The notes under the pieces: generated by a model
Databases searched by the model: none
What the model saw: the letters and a program-made list of their open reading frames with translations, nothing else
Told to the model about the DNA's origin: nothing
NCBI RefSeq assembly: GCF_009914755.1
Contig: NC_060926.1
Source: the human T2T-CHM13v2.0 reference genome, Homo sapiens
Reading direction: 5' to 3' (one strand)
Length of the DNA stretch: 64,000 bases
Shown here: positions 31,496 through 49,103 of the stretch, piece after piece
How positions within the stretch are numbered: the first letter of the stretch is position 1
How the letters are laid out: each line of letters begins with the position of its first letter
Translations under genes and position numbers: made by a program

Positions 31496-32014
31496 CTGGT
31501 TGTTTTTAAAGTGATATGGCATTGCCTAAAAATAATATGGAAAGCTTTGGGCACTATCTTTATCTCTTTGCCAAATGCCCATGTCTAATCGAGGTTTGAG
31601 GGAATAAAACCTTGATAAACTGAGAACCGTGAAATGTCTTTCAGGGCAGAAACTGATTTTATCAGGCTCCATGTCCCAGGCACCCAGCAGGTGCCAGAGA
31701 AATGGTCAGCTACATGAGAGTTACCAGTTTCCAATAATTCAATACATCTAATGGAAGGACTAGCTGGAGAGACAGATGCTTGCAAACCTGGCAGTGGAAG
31801 CCATGGCCCTGTACCTCTGTGCCTTGGTGCTTTTAGAAGGCAGCGCTGTCAGAGTTCAATGGTATAAACTTCAGTACCTTGTAAACTCTACTTCATGTCA
31901 GTTTTCAAAAACATACTCAACTAAATCTCACATGTCTACACTTATTTTTCAGCTACCTTCCCACATTGTGTAGTTTATCAAAATTAGAGAAGAGTGAAGG
32001 AGCTTAGCATTCCA

Positions 32015-33260
32015 ACATAATTTTTTTAATACCGTGGCAAAAACACATAGCATAAAATTTACCCTTAATCATTTCTAAACATATAGAGTTCAGTAGTTTA
32101 AGTATATTCACATTGTTGTACAACCAGTATCCAGAACTTTTCATCTTGCAAAGGTGAAACTGTATTTGTTAAACAACTCTCCATCTCCCCCAGCCCATCA
32201 CAGCCACCACTCTACTTTGTGAGTTTTTTTACCTCTTTAGATATCTCATGTAAGTAGAATCATATAGTATTTGTCTCATTGTGACTGGCTTATTTCACAT
32301 AGCATAATGTTCTCCAGGTTCACCCATGTTGTAGCGTGTGTTAGAATAGCATTTCCTTCCTTTGTAAGGATGAATATTGCTCCATTGTACGTATACACCA
32401 CATCTCGTTTATCCAGTCATCTGTCAGTGGACACTTAGGTTGCTTCTATGTTTTTTGCTGTTGTGAATAATGTTGCAATGAATGTGGGTGTCCAAGTATT
32501 TATTCAAGACCCTGTTTTCAGTTCTTTGGGGTATATATCCAGAAGCAGAATTTCTGGCTCATATAGTGATTGTATTTTTAATTTTTTGAGGAACTGCCCT
32601 ACTTTTTTTCCACAGCTGCTGCACCATTTTACATTCATAGCACAGTGCATAAGGGCTCCAGAATTGTTCCACATCGTCACCAATACTTGTTTTTTGTTTT
32701 TGTTTTTTTGAGTTGGAGTCCCACTCTGTCACCCAGGCTGAAGTGCAGTGGTAGAATTTCAACTCACTGCAACCTCCGCCTCCTTGGTTCAAGCGATTCT
32801 CCTGCCTCAGCCTCCTGAGTAGCTGGGATTACAGGTGCCCACCACCACACCCAGCTTATTTTTGTATTTTTAGTAGAGATGGGGTTTCACTATGTTGGCC
32901 AGGCTGGTCTTGAACTCCTGACCTCAGGTGATTGCCTGCCTCGGCCTCCCAAAGTGCTGGGATTACAGGCGTGAGCCATCACGCCCAGCCAGTACTTGTG
33001 GAAGGACTAGCTGGACAGACAGGTGCTTGCAGACCTGGCAGTGGAAGCCATGGCCCTGCATGTCTGAGGTGCTTTTTTTAATAGTAGCTTTTTTTTTTTA
33101 ATTGTAGCCATCGTAATGGGTATAAGGTGAACATCTTCTCATATGCTTGTTGAGCACTTGTTGATCATTTTTGTAGAAATCTATTCCAGTCCTTTGCCCA
33201 TTCTAAAGATGAGGTTATTTGGTTTTTGTAGTTGGGTTGTAGTTCTTTGTGTAGATAATC
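32015..33260 (-). mobile_element. L1MB-type 3' end, interrupted by an Alu and a short local insertion
   Basis: acatagcataaaatttacc...cagtggacacttaggttgcttc...gtcctttgcccatt. Confidence 0.8.
32690..32990 (-). mobile_element. Alu, full length (AluSx-like)
   Basis: Antisense Alu; TSD a(a/g)tacttgt. Confidence 0.95.
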
Positions 33261-33939
33261 CCTCTAGTTAGTGTCATTTTGAATAATGGGGTGGATGATA
33301 GGAAGCATATATTTTTAGATTCACATGAAAATCTAAAATAGCCACAGGCTAAAAAATGGCTACAGGCTAAAATGGCTCCAGTAAATGGAGAAATTTTAGT
33401 GGCCACAGTATTTCTTCCTCTTGTTTCCAGTTTGGTTCAACTGACAGCTATTATATCACATCAAATCAGTCTTTGTACCGTGGTATCAAACTTGCCATCT
33501 TTACTCTCCCAATTTCCTTCACATCTCTTTGAAGTGGATTATACTCGGGTCCATCCGGTCCCAAGCTGCCAATCTTAACAGTCTGCCGTGCACAGGTTGT
33601 GTGGGTCTGAGTATTTCTAAAGTCACCACTGCTGTGGCCTGCTCATTTGTTAGAGCTCATTGAAGAAGTCTGCTGCCTACTTCATTGGAGATGCAAAGGT
33701 GACTATGTCCCGTCTCTGTGGCCTGGGAAGTGGTGTGAGACAGAGACAGATCACGCATGTGTGCACACACCCACCTGTGGTAGCGTGTCCCCTGCTTTCC
33801 TCATCCCTGACAGCAAAATCTCTTCAGCAGTGAAGGTTTTAGCTGTGGATTGCAGCTCCTCTTCTCTGTTTCGTGTCCACTTTATTTCTAGTCTAGGATC
33901 CTTAATAGGCAGAGGCATCTAAAATCAGAGTGAAGCTAA

Positions 33940-34155
<216 letters not shown>

Positions 34156-35454
34156 TGAGCACTGCCTCCATTGAGCAGGAGGAGCGGTGAGCTCCCGATT
34201 GTAGAAGCCTAGACAGCACAGAGAGTGACCTGCTCCCAGGTTAGGAAGTAAGATGTCAGATGTTTGCAGATCTCTGTCTCAGTCTCACTTAATCACCATT
34301 ATACACAATGTGTAAGTAGCTCACGGTGTTTCTGCGGGGAGGGTGTGGAAAGCAGAGGCTGGTGTTGAAGGACAGTCTGGAGTGGTATCAGTGGCCAGGA
34401 ACCACGCCAGAGAGGAACCACAGCCTCTTGCTGTGGGGTGGGGCCGGGTAGTGCTGCTGAAAGCTCCCCCAGGTGACTCTGAGCAGCAGCGGAGGCTGAG
34501 CCACTGTTCTAGAGCCACCAGTCAGCTGTGTGGGGAAATGGCCACCACAGCAAGTTTCTGTGAAGAAGTAGTAGTATGATTTCATGGAGACAAACTAGGA
34601 CGATACTTGAGGATTGTGTGGGGGACCCTGAGTAGGGAAAGCCCTTTCCACGTGGCTGGCTTTGACACAAACACACCATTCCAGATGTGGGGAGGGTCAC
34701 TATTTTGGTTTGATGTATGGAGCCCTTGGTCAGGAGCAGCTCTGGGTAGGGCACTGTGATGAAAATGCTATTCACTAATACTGTCAAGCAGTGAATAGTG
34801 CCAGGAACTATCCAAGCAGTTTCGCCCTCTGCCTTAATCCCTACCACAGCCCTGAAAGTCTCAGTGACAATCCCATGATTTTACAGATGAGGAAACCAAG
34901 GCACCGAGCAGCTAAATGGCTTCCCCCAGGACTGCCTTGTGGTACTCGCCGTGGGGACCTAGCAGCTGGCTCCAGGGCTGTGCTCTTCAGCACTCCTCCC
35001 ACAGTGTCCCGAGAGCTCAGGCAGGGGTTAGAGAGGTTGTGGCCGAGCTGTAGGGTAGGAGAGAGAAGCCATGACATCTCGGAGTACAGCAGATGACACA
35101 GCACAGGGACTGCGTGCTGAGAACACATGCCTGCACGGTGGCCGCTGCAGGAACTGAGGAGGTTATGCTAAGGCCTCATTTAATTAATTTTCCCCACATC
35201 CCACCCGGAAGGGAGGAATGAGTTTTCGCTGCTCGGATGCCTTCGTTTCTCATTACTTTTTTCAGTAAAATAACAAGGACAGATTTGAGTGCCCAGGTCA
35301 GTGGGAAAGGATTAGCAACAGCCTCGCCGGCGTCCTGCTCCCTCCCTCATCGTGCTGTGGTCCTTGCAGCTGGGCTCCTGCTGGTGCTGACCTCCAGCCG
35401 TGGGGCCACGGAGGAATTGGGATCCTTTCCGCAGGGCCTCTGAAGTGCCTCTGA

Positions 35455-35973
<519 letters not shown>

Positions 35974-36493
35974 GTGCCAAGAGGTGCTGACCTGGCCTCA
36001 TGCCCGTTGTTGGCTTAATATCTTTCCGGCAGAATCTTAAAGGTAGAAAGCACCTCTCTTTGTGTCTGAGAGCCATTATTTCTGAGCTAATCCTTGAGGT
36101 TGTAGTGGTGACTTCCTGTCTGAAGCCATGGCGTGAAGCTGAGTCACCTCTAGGTCAACTGAACATCATAGAGAAGGTTCCTCAGCCCTTCACATTCTGA
36201 GTTCAGAACACCATGCTGAGGCACAGTCATGAGACGTGGGAGAGGAACACCCAGCAGACATTTCTAGAAGAAAAGGGTTATTCTGTCTCCTAAGCCTTTC
36301 CTAATTTTTAATATCTATTAATTTCTAGAATTTGAAAGTGTTGTTAGAGATTTTTACTTAATACAGTCAAGTAATACCTCAGTTACTCAGAAGACTGAAT
36401 TAATTTTTTCCATTTTCCCTTGGAAATGGAAATATGATTTACAGATCAATAAACTTCACTTTAAATTTTTCCAAATAAGACATCAGTTTAGGT

Positions 36494-36703
36494 CAGAGGT
36501 CAGCAAACTTTTTTTGTAAAGGGCCAGACAGTAAATGTTTTAGGCTTTGCAGACTGTGTGGCCTCTGTCACAACTCCCCAGTTCTGATGTGGGGGCACAG
36601 ATAGCACAGAGTGAATGAACACAGCTGTGTCCCAATAAAACTTTATTTGTAAACACAGGTGGCTGGCCAGACTTAGTATCCAAGCTATAGTTTGCCAACC
36701 CCT
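36494..36703 (+). mobile_element. MER58A-like hAT-Charlie element
   Basis: cagaggtcagcaaact...ccaataaaactttattt...agtttgccaacccctg terminal inverted repeats. Confidence 0.85.
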
Positions 36704-37608
36704 GGTTTAGATAGATATGCAGGCCATTTGCATAGGTCACTATTCTTTGCAGCTCTGTGATTAGACAGAATTAAAAGATTATAGGGGAAAAACTAGATTA
36801 TGACCATGTTAATCCTTTTTACTGTTAGGCAGCTGTATTTGGTATGTTGTAGATTTTTTCCTTCTCATTTTTTAAAATAGTAACAAATAAATAGGCAATA
36901 TAGCATGACCCAGCAGGGTTCCTGGCTTGGAATCAGCTTGAAATTGAGTTGAGAGTGTGTATTGTTGTGGCTTTGAAGTGCTTTTAATATGGATTGGTAG
37001 GCAATTATGTCAGAAATAGGAAGCCATTTTCAACAGGCTTCATACCTGCTGTGCAATGGGACTGACTGAGCAAATGGATTTTTTTAGCTTTGAAAATGAT
37101 GTGTGGTGCTGTTCTGATTTTTAAAGCCCATGTTTTAATTCCTCTTAGAAGAAAAATTATTATTCTGCAGCAAGCTCTCTAGGTTTATCTACAAGATGCT
37201 ACTTGTCCTAGGAATAGGATCAGTTTTTCATCTGATTTCTATTACACTTAGCATTCAAATAGATTTGAGATCATTCTTGAAATAATTTTCAAAAATACAT
37301 ACCAGAAGGTAATCTGATTCATTAAGTTTGGTAATTATCAATCTAGCAGTTTACAGACACCTTATTGTAAAACCAGCTTCTTTCTCACTGTGTAACCACA
37401 GGATGCGGGTGCATGTGAGGACAGTGAAGCCCTCATGTGCCAGCCCAGTTAGTGAACTAGCTCCCACCTTGACACTTGTTTGGATGCTTTCAATGTTCTG
37501 TCATGGGTTTGCAGGGGGGAGTAAACTCCCCACGGTGTTCCGGGTGTGGGAGTTATTCATTTTAGAACCTCTGAAAAAGGACAAATGTTTGTGATTTTTG
37601 AATCCTAG

Positions 37609-38115
<507 letters not shown>

Positions 38116-38522
38116 TAGGTTTGCTCAGAGGGTCTGCCAGTAACTAATTTGTAACCGGTCGTGGGGAACTCATAGTCGATTTGTAACTAGTAGATCTGTT
38201 TCAGTAGTACTTCCTACCTTTTTTTTAACTGTGTCCTCCTGCCCCAGTCTGTTGAGCTGCTTGCTTCTGTGCCCTGCTGCCGGAATAGATGCAGTGTCTG
38301 CGCTCCTCTCTGAGGCTGCCCCTCCACCGGGCTGTGAGGTTCCACCATCTGGCCTTCTTGGGGCACTGTTACTACCACTGTTTTCATAGTGGATTCTTCT
38401 CCTAATGATATTAATCAACCATCATTATCTCCTCACTTTAAAACAAGATAGAAAACGGAACTTTCCCTTCCTCCCTCTCTGGCTGTGCCTCAGAGCGCTG
38501 CTACCCTTTAGAACAAAACTAG

Positions 38523-38861
<339 letters not shown>

Positions 38862-39287
38862 TGATGAGTAAACTTCTATTTTCTCCTGACGTCTCAATAA
38901 TCATTCCTTCCCACCCCTCCCCCCACGTGAAACTTACTGCAACATGAACTTCCTACCTAGTTTAGTCCATATTTCAAGGAAACTGCCAACTAGGGACATT
39001 AGGAAGTTCAGAGGTGGGGAAGAGTGATATAAGCCTGTTGACTGAGAGGTGGGCACAGTGTTACCACGGGATGGTAACAATATTAAAAAGATTCTGGCGC
39101 CCACTGATTCATGCTTCTCCCTATTCCCAGCCCAGTGGTCTTTATGGAGAGCAGGGCTGTAGAGTCCCACCTACCTAGGTTAGAATTCAGCACTGCCACT
39201 TAGCTGAGTTACTCTGGGCTGGTTAAGTGGGTCCTGGCCACCACCGTAAGTGTTCAAAACTCACTTGCTACCTTCTCTTTCCTTTGA

Positions 39288-40802
<1,515 letters not shown>

Positions 40803-42455
40803 ACCTTAAGAAAGCCCCATTTGTGGAATTTGGAAACGTGTGTTGACTCCTGGTGGTAAATTAAATAGTTTTTTTCATCAGAAAAATTATTTTTTAGCCA
40901 TTTTTTTTCTTTGGGGTGGATCTGATGCCATTGATATATCTAAAATGTGGGATAAAACTTCTTTAATAGCTAGAAATCACCATAAATAAGAATGCTAAAC
41001 AGAATTGAAAATTATATCAACTTAAAATTTTAAGACAGCCCAGAAGACATTAATGACTCTCACTTATGAAATTGTTTGGCTTTTGCCACTTTCCTCCTTG
41101 CCTTTGCTATATGGTAGAATCACAGAACTTACTTAGAGAATAAATATGTCTATTGTTCAAGAGTAACAGGTTTAACTCATGACCAAGTGATGTACATCCA
41201 AGTGATGTATTCTGGAAACGATGGAATTTTACAGTTACAGTTCCATTGAGTCAAATCCCATTTTATATATACATAAAAATTAAGTTCTGAGTGAGTTCTA
41301 GCTAAATATAAGTGCGACTGTAAACGCAGCCAATTTTTTTAAGCAGAATATGAGAACACCTAAGTATTCTCTTCATAGCAGTTCCTATAAAGGGATTAAA
41401 CACTTATTTCTGTGTTATGGTTCTTATTCATATATTTTTATAGCACCTTTTTTTGGAACCTATATTTGTGCTTGAAGGTGTTTTTGATATTTGGAAACAG
41501 TATAAGCCATTTGGAGTCATGATTGGTGGTCAAGTGGATTCAAGCTAAAATACTAAGACCAGCATTCTTAGTGGCGCTTATAAATTAGCTCTCACCTGGT
41601 TTCCAAACTGCTTTTAACAATGGTAGTGCTCCTGGAACAATCCTTCCAAGCTCCTCTAAGGACAATATTTAATTCAGATACTAAAGGTAAGACTGGTTGT
41701 TACTTTTGTTTTGTTGTACAATTAGTACTTTATAGTCACATGTTGTATATATTAAATAGCCCAGTTTTATTCAGACTTGTAAATAGAACTATTTCAATGT
41801 AGTTAATCTAAAAACAAAAAAGAAAACCCCAGTCACGATTTGCATGTTCTCTGTAAGCTTCATCCATGCTGGTTATTGCACTGAATGATATATTATTAGG
41901 GCATGTTAACAGTATACCAGTAACAGCACTTTATCTCATTTATATGAACACCTTTGAGGTGCTACTTAAGTCCAAGCTCTGATGTATTATTCATTTGTAA
42001 AGATAAGGTACAGGAATGAACCTTGGTTTAAAGGTATTTTTATATGAAAATGGTGTGTTATTGGAAGATGTTAAAGTGCTAATTTGAGAGAAGTAGGAGT
42101 GTATCTGTTTTATATGTTGGGATGTGAAATTTATTTTCTAAAATTGAGGAGAAGGAAGTTATATATTTGCAGAATGTTTTAAAGTGAATTGTTGTAATGA
42201 AGTTCCTGTGAACATCATTATGGTTTTGTACAAATAGGAACCTCTGATGTCATTCTTCAACGTTTGTTCCTGTGTGTACAATTGTACTTTGTATGAACAG
42301 CTTTATCATTTTTATAGGCTTTCCATGAGTTTTGCTGTAACTACTATGGCTTATTTATTTTCTTTAATATTTGTGAAAGTCTTACTCCTTTGTTAGTTTT
42401 GTTTCTGCACAACTACTGTACTTTTCCATATGGAATAAAGACTATTAATAGAATG
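40803..42455 (+). other. TANC1: TANC1 3'UTR (~1.65 kb; end approximate)
   Basis: AU-rich, repeat-free stretch between the stop codon and AATAAA 42434, followed by a GT-rich element. Confidence 0.8.
42434..42439 (+). terminator. TANC1 polyadenylation signal AATAAA
   Basis: AATAAA preceded by several TGTA (CFIm-type) motifs and followed by TGTGTTTTG at ~42454. Confidence 0.8.
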
Positions 42456-43511
42456 TGTTTTGCACTAAATGAGTCAATGGATAAGTAGAGAACAGCCTGA
42501 TGACAGCTATCTCTGTTGCTTTTAATCTTTGTTACCCTAGAGGGAATAGTGAAAAGCATATTTTATATTAACACTACAAAATGCTTATTTAATTTCGTTT
42601 TATAATTTCAGAATAAGGGTGACAGCTGCTAGAAATTCCACAATACTCAAGGGCCAAATTTAGTCTTTTTGCCTCAAATAGAAAGAAAGCATGCAGGAAA
42701 GCAATATATACTTCCTATCTATCTGTTTCAAGACATCTTGGTGTCTGTTTTTACTGGCAACGGGACATCTTTACTACTGTAATTCTCAAACACTTTGGCA
42801 ATACACTGAACACTGTTATGACAGTTTGTTCTTTAACACATTTGTATTATCTTTCAGTTAAAAGTATGTCTTTATGCCTACATATTTCAAAGTAATATGA
42901 GAGAGAACATTAAACTGTGTTGTATTGTGATAAAATTCTTGGAATCTTAAACATCATAATACCTCAGGTTATTTGGTCACTGCTCTTGCTAGCAAGGCTA
43001 AGTAGTTTCAGTCCTTTACAGCTTTATATTTAATGGAAGGTTAAAAACAAAAACGGGATGGGAAGGAACGTATCGCCTAATACATAATTCTTGTCATTAG
43101 ATGATTTTTCCTGTAAAGGAGCTAATAAGAATATTCTCGTAATTTATTGTACATTATGATTTTGATATATACTTAGTAAAGATAAGTAAGGTACTTGGCC
43201 CAGCCAGGAAGAGGTGATACATCCTTAGAAAGCTAATGGTCAGTCCTGACAGGACTGGGTGGTGGGCAGGTGTTGCTGCTCCACATTGCCCTGAACTAAC
43301 AGTGGGGTCTGGAGTGCCCAGCATGGGGGCTGTTTCATGTCCCCTCTTACTGATGGTTTTGGTTTGCTTGTGTGGAAGACAGTTGTTCGGCTTTGGTTTA
43401 TGTTTTATACAAGAAGAGATGTGTCAATTAGGTAAATTACTGGCATCTTAGTTTTCAGCAGTTTTGTTTTACAAGAAACTAGCCTGGTAAAGTATAAGAA
43501 TGCAAAATACT

Positions 43512-43799
43512 GGCTGGGCGTGGTGGCTCATGCCTGTAATCCCAGCACTTTGGGAGGCCAAGGCGGGCGGATCACGAGGTCAGGAGATCGAGACCATCCT
43601 GGCCAACATGGTGAAACCCCGTCTCTACTAAAAATACAAAAATTAGCTGGGCGTGGTGGTGTACGCTTGTAGTCCCAGCTACTCAGGAGGCTGAGGCAGG
43701 AGAATCACTTGAACCCAGGAGGCAGAGGTTGCAGTGAGCCGAGATTGCACCACTGCACTCCAGCGCAAGTCTCAAAAAAAAAAAAAGAAAGAAAGAAAA
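43512..43799 (+). mobile_element. Alu (AluS-type)
   Basis: Sense Alu; TSD gcaaaatac. Confidence 0.95.
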
Positions 43800-43825
43800 G
43801 CAAAATACCTTAACACTTATTTTAA

Positions 43826-44119
<294 letters not shown>

Positions 44120-44306
44120 GGCTTTTTGCATTTTCTAGCAATGACTTTGAATGATTTAATTTTTATTTAAAAACCAGCTAACCTCCTCCATCGGAAAATG
44201 TCTATCAAAACAGAGACAGCTGGACCAATGGTAAGTTCTTTTAAGTTTAAAAAGTGTTCTGCTGAAATTATTAGCATACTTTATTTAAAGAATACAACAG
44301 AAAAAC

Positions 44307-44585
44307 GGCCGGGCCTGGTGGCTCACGCCTGTAATCCCAGCAACTTGGGAGGGCAAGGCAGGTGGATCATGAGCTCAGGAGTTTGAGACCAGCCTAGCCG
44401 ACATGGTGAAACCCTCTCTCTACTAAAAATACAAAAAGTAGCTGGGTGTGGTGGCACGCACCTGTAATCACAGCTACCTGGGAGTGAGGCAGGAGAATTG
44501 ACTGAACCCAGGAGGCAGAGGCGGCAGTGAGCCAAGATCGTGCCATTGCACTCCAGCCTGGGTGACAGAGCGAGACCCTACAAGA
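44307..44585 (+). mobile_element. Alu with almost no A tail
   Basis: Perfect 20-bp TSD aaagaatacaacagaaaaac at 44287-44306 and 44586-44605. Confidence 0.95.
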
Positions 44586-45589
44586 AAAGAATACAACAGA
44601 AAAACACCTAGAACATGCTTCTAGCCTTTCTAATCCTCAATAGTAAGAATGTGAGAAGCATGTCATATTAATAAAAAAGTTTTCTGGAACCATTGATTAT
44701 GAATCCTAGTTATGTCGTAAAGGTTAACAAAGTTTAGCAATACATTAAGTTAAAAAGGTTTACAAAGAATTACAAAGAAATGTTTGGAGATTTCCATGTT
44801 AGCAAGGCTTGCTGCCTTTCTGTGAACATGCAGCATATTAGCTATGAGTTCATAAAATGCGTAGTCAGCCTTTTCCTATATTTACATTGCTTTTCCCTTT
44901 TTATTTCCAAGTTTCAACGTTCCTGAACAATTCTTCAGCAACTGGAGGTAATAGTGCAAAGAAGGGTGCAGTCCCAGAGGCTCAGCCTGCGCTGACAGTG
45001 AAGTTCTAACAAGCTTCCCGCGGATGGCTTCCATTCTAGTAACAACTTTGGACAGGCAAGAAGTTAGCACCACCTTTACTTCCTGAACCTGAAGTTTTTT
45101 TTCTGGAGTGAACATATCAGGCTATTGTGTAAAAATGCCTTTGTATAGTTACTCCAGCTTAGAATTATATGTGAGAACATTTAATAATTCTTCATTCTGA
45201 AGGGAGGCTAGAGTTTGTCACGTTATATATTTCAGCAAAGTCAACTTGACTTACTCAGAATTTATTTCATCTAACTTGTACCTAGGTTTGGAAAATAAGA
45301 AAAAAATCGTTATCCTGCAAACTTAAAATCCAAAAAAATTGCTTCAACATCTGAAGTGATTTTTCTCCATTTAATCATAAACAATCTACAACCATTTTGC
45401 TACAAAATGGTCTCTTTAAAAGGCCTCCAAAGAGTTATTGAATGAATGGCTATTACCTAGAATGTAAACATCTGTTATTCTAGAGTAGTCCAACCTTTAG
45501 TTATAAAGAGAGATGACCTACATCTAACAAGAATAAATGTGGGCACTGTTGGGAATGATAGTAAGAGGAATTTAAAAAACTTAGGACAC

Positions 45590-45829
45590 TGCAATTTAAA
45601 GTATAACTTTATTTCTATATAGCTGAAGATTCTTTTCACTAGTACAAAAAGGCTTTTATAGTAAGTCCATGTGTTTTTTAAAGAATGAAAATTGACAATT
45701 TTTATAGGTAACTAAATTTAAGAAGTTTACCTTTTTCCTGTTTTGCTTTTAATAATGTCTGATTAGTATTTACCTATAAATCATTCAAATGAGATCACTG
45801 AAAATATAAATAATACAATATCAACAATT
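45590..45829 (-). other. WDSUB1: WDSUB1 3'UTR (end approximate)
   Basis: Between the TAA stop at 45830-45832 and the minus-strand AATAAA. Confidence 0.7.
45608..45613 (-). terminator. WDSUB1 polyadenylation signal AATAAA
   Basis: TTTATT on + strand, ~215 nt past the WDSUB1 stop. Confidence 0.7.
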
Positions 45830-45987
45830 TTACTTTTGGTGTGTCTCCAGCCATCTATTGATGGCCATTTTCAGAGTCCTATTTGGTGTAAGTACCGCTG
45901 AAGGAAGAACAAGATTTGTCATGGGACTTGTACGTTTCTTTTTGCTGATCCAATTTTCCATTGCTTCCTTTTCATATGAATAGCCAT
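45830..45987 (-). CDS. WDSUB1: WDSUB1 last coding exon, U-box C-terminal half ([52 protein letters not shown])
   Basis: Minus-strand poly-T plus tAG acceptor at 45988-45990; U-box motifs G.SYE..A...W, TSPMT, L.PN..LK..I; translated by hand. Confidence 0.95.
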
Positions 45988-46448
45988 CTAAAAAAAAAAA
46001 ATCACACAAATTACATGATGTAGGAAAGGGAAATGAGGATGTCTAAAATGAAGTGAATGTAAAAACTCCCTGCAGAGGCCTTTATTGTGACTTAAGGGTT
46101 ATTCCTGTCTTGCTTGTACCAGCACCCCCAAAAATCTCTCTGCCACAACACCTGAAATGCATTGATTGGATGGAGACGTATGAAGCAAAAATTGCCCAGA
46201 AGAGTAACATTATAAACACTTTGAACAGTACCACTGAGACTGGGACCCTGTCAAATTCAGACACAGTGGAAGAGAAGAAAGGAACAGAGCTGGGTAGAGT
46301 GGGAGTGAGGATAAACTGCCCATCAGAGCTGTTGGAAAGTTTGGCTGAATCATAAGGCTCTTTTCAACACCTTGAAAAGTCAGGAAAACAGGTACCCAGA
46401 GATGACAGAATTTACTCCCCTAAGGATTTGACAGCGAAGGGACTTAGG

Positions 46449-46751
<303 letters not shown>

Positions 46752-47034
46752 TTATTTGCCTTTATACATGTAAAGATTGGACTTTTGCTTCACTACTTTC
46801 ATTTTTATACTTGTAGCTCTTTCTCAAGCTGAAAATCTTGGTTCCTGATTTCATTTACTCATTTAGTCTACAGTACATATCACTGTTTCAAAATAATGCC
46901 AGTATATTTACTAACATAAAACTGAAAGAAATTTTAAGATTACTTTATGGTTCTTTCCGTCATCAAGGACTAGAGTGGTCCCAAAATACTGTGTCTGAAA
47001 ACAACACTTACTTGGTTTCAAAGTTAAAACTATA

Positions 47035-47331
<297 letters not shown>

Positions 47332-48064
47332 TTACAACTATAAAACAAGGTACCTTCAGAGGGGTCTAATCTAACCCTGTCCAATCCTTGTTACCCACCC
47401 TTCCCATATAAGTAACCATGTGTAATCCATTTTCAAATATGTATATGTGCACACAGTACATATACATTCTACATAAAAGCTAGCATACTAGCCACACTAT
47501 TTTGCAACTTGGTGTGTTTATTTTCCCCACAGTACTCCACTGTAAGGATGTAAGATGTAAGGACATCTGGGTGGTTTCCAATCTTTGCCTTTTACAAATA
47601 GTGCCGTACCAAGGAAACCCCAAGAAAACCATACACACACAAAATACAAATAGTGCTACAATGAAGTCTTATGCATGTGTCACTTTTGGGGAGATTTCAG
47701 AAGTAGGATTGCTAAAGCAGCATATATAATCTCGCTAGATAGTGCCAACTTCCTTCCATAGGAATTCTAAGTTTTTCATTCCTGCTAGCAATGTTTATGA
47801 GAATGCCTTTTTCCCCTACAGCCTAACCAACAGTATATGTTGTCAAACTCCTGGATTTTTGCCAGTCTCTAGGTAAGCGATGGTACAGTATATCAGCTGG
47901 AGAATCTTTTGTTCATATGTTTGAGCCATTTGCTTTTCTTTTTCCTGTGAGCTATTCATATTTTTTGCCCATTTTTCTACTAGGTTGTCCTTAAGATTTC
48001 ATATATATGGAATATCAACACTTCATCAATTTCTCCCTTGATTCCCAGAGAGCGAAGTTTTCCC

Positions 48065-48114
48065 AATTCTATCAAGGAATTTACTTACAAATTCTATCAA
48101 GGAATTTACTTACA
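48065..48114. repeat. Perfect 25-bp tandem duplication
   Basis: (aattctatcaaggaatttacttaca)x2. Confidence 0.97.
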
Positions 48115-48807
48115 TTGTCTTTGGGACTTTAAAAGTCTTTGAAGAGATGGGGTCCTGCTGGTCTCAAGCTCCTGGGCTCAAGTGACCCTCCTTACATCAG
48201 CTTCCGGAATAGCTGGGACTCCAGGTACAAGCCGCTGCGCTCTGCAGGTTTCCCTTTTTATGTCTGGGTTTCTGATTCATTTGGAATTTAAATATACACT
48301 ATGCAAGATGGATCCAATTTTATCCTTTTCCACAGGGTGGTCTTATTGTCAAAATACCACTTGTTAGAAGTGATTTTTACCACTGATTTTAAATGCTATC
48401 TTTATCAATCACTAAATTTCCAAATGTACATGGATCGATTTCTGGATTTTAAACTTTTCCATTGTTCTATTCCTGGGCCAACACTACACATTCACTTATG
48501 GAGGTTCTCGACATGTAACATCTCATAGGACCAGCAACCTTCCTCATTGTTTTTTTCTAGGTTATTTTTGCTGTTCTTGTTTATTAGGTTCCACGTGAAG
48601 AATCACCTTGTGTATCTCTCGGTAAAAAGTTTTATCAGGATCATGTCAACCCTATGAAATGGAGAAAGCTGATATCCCGCAGCCACTGAGTCTTCCTACC
48701 CCTCAGCATGCTCCACCTGCCATTATACTTTCACAGGGATGTTTTTGTTTTTATGTAGGGTTGAAAGTTTTACCTATTTCTTAAGTTTGGGGTTTTGGTG
48801 TGTGTGG

Positions 48808-49103
<296 letters not shown>

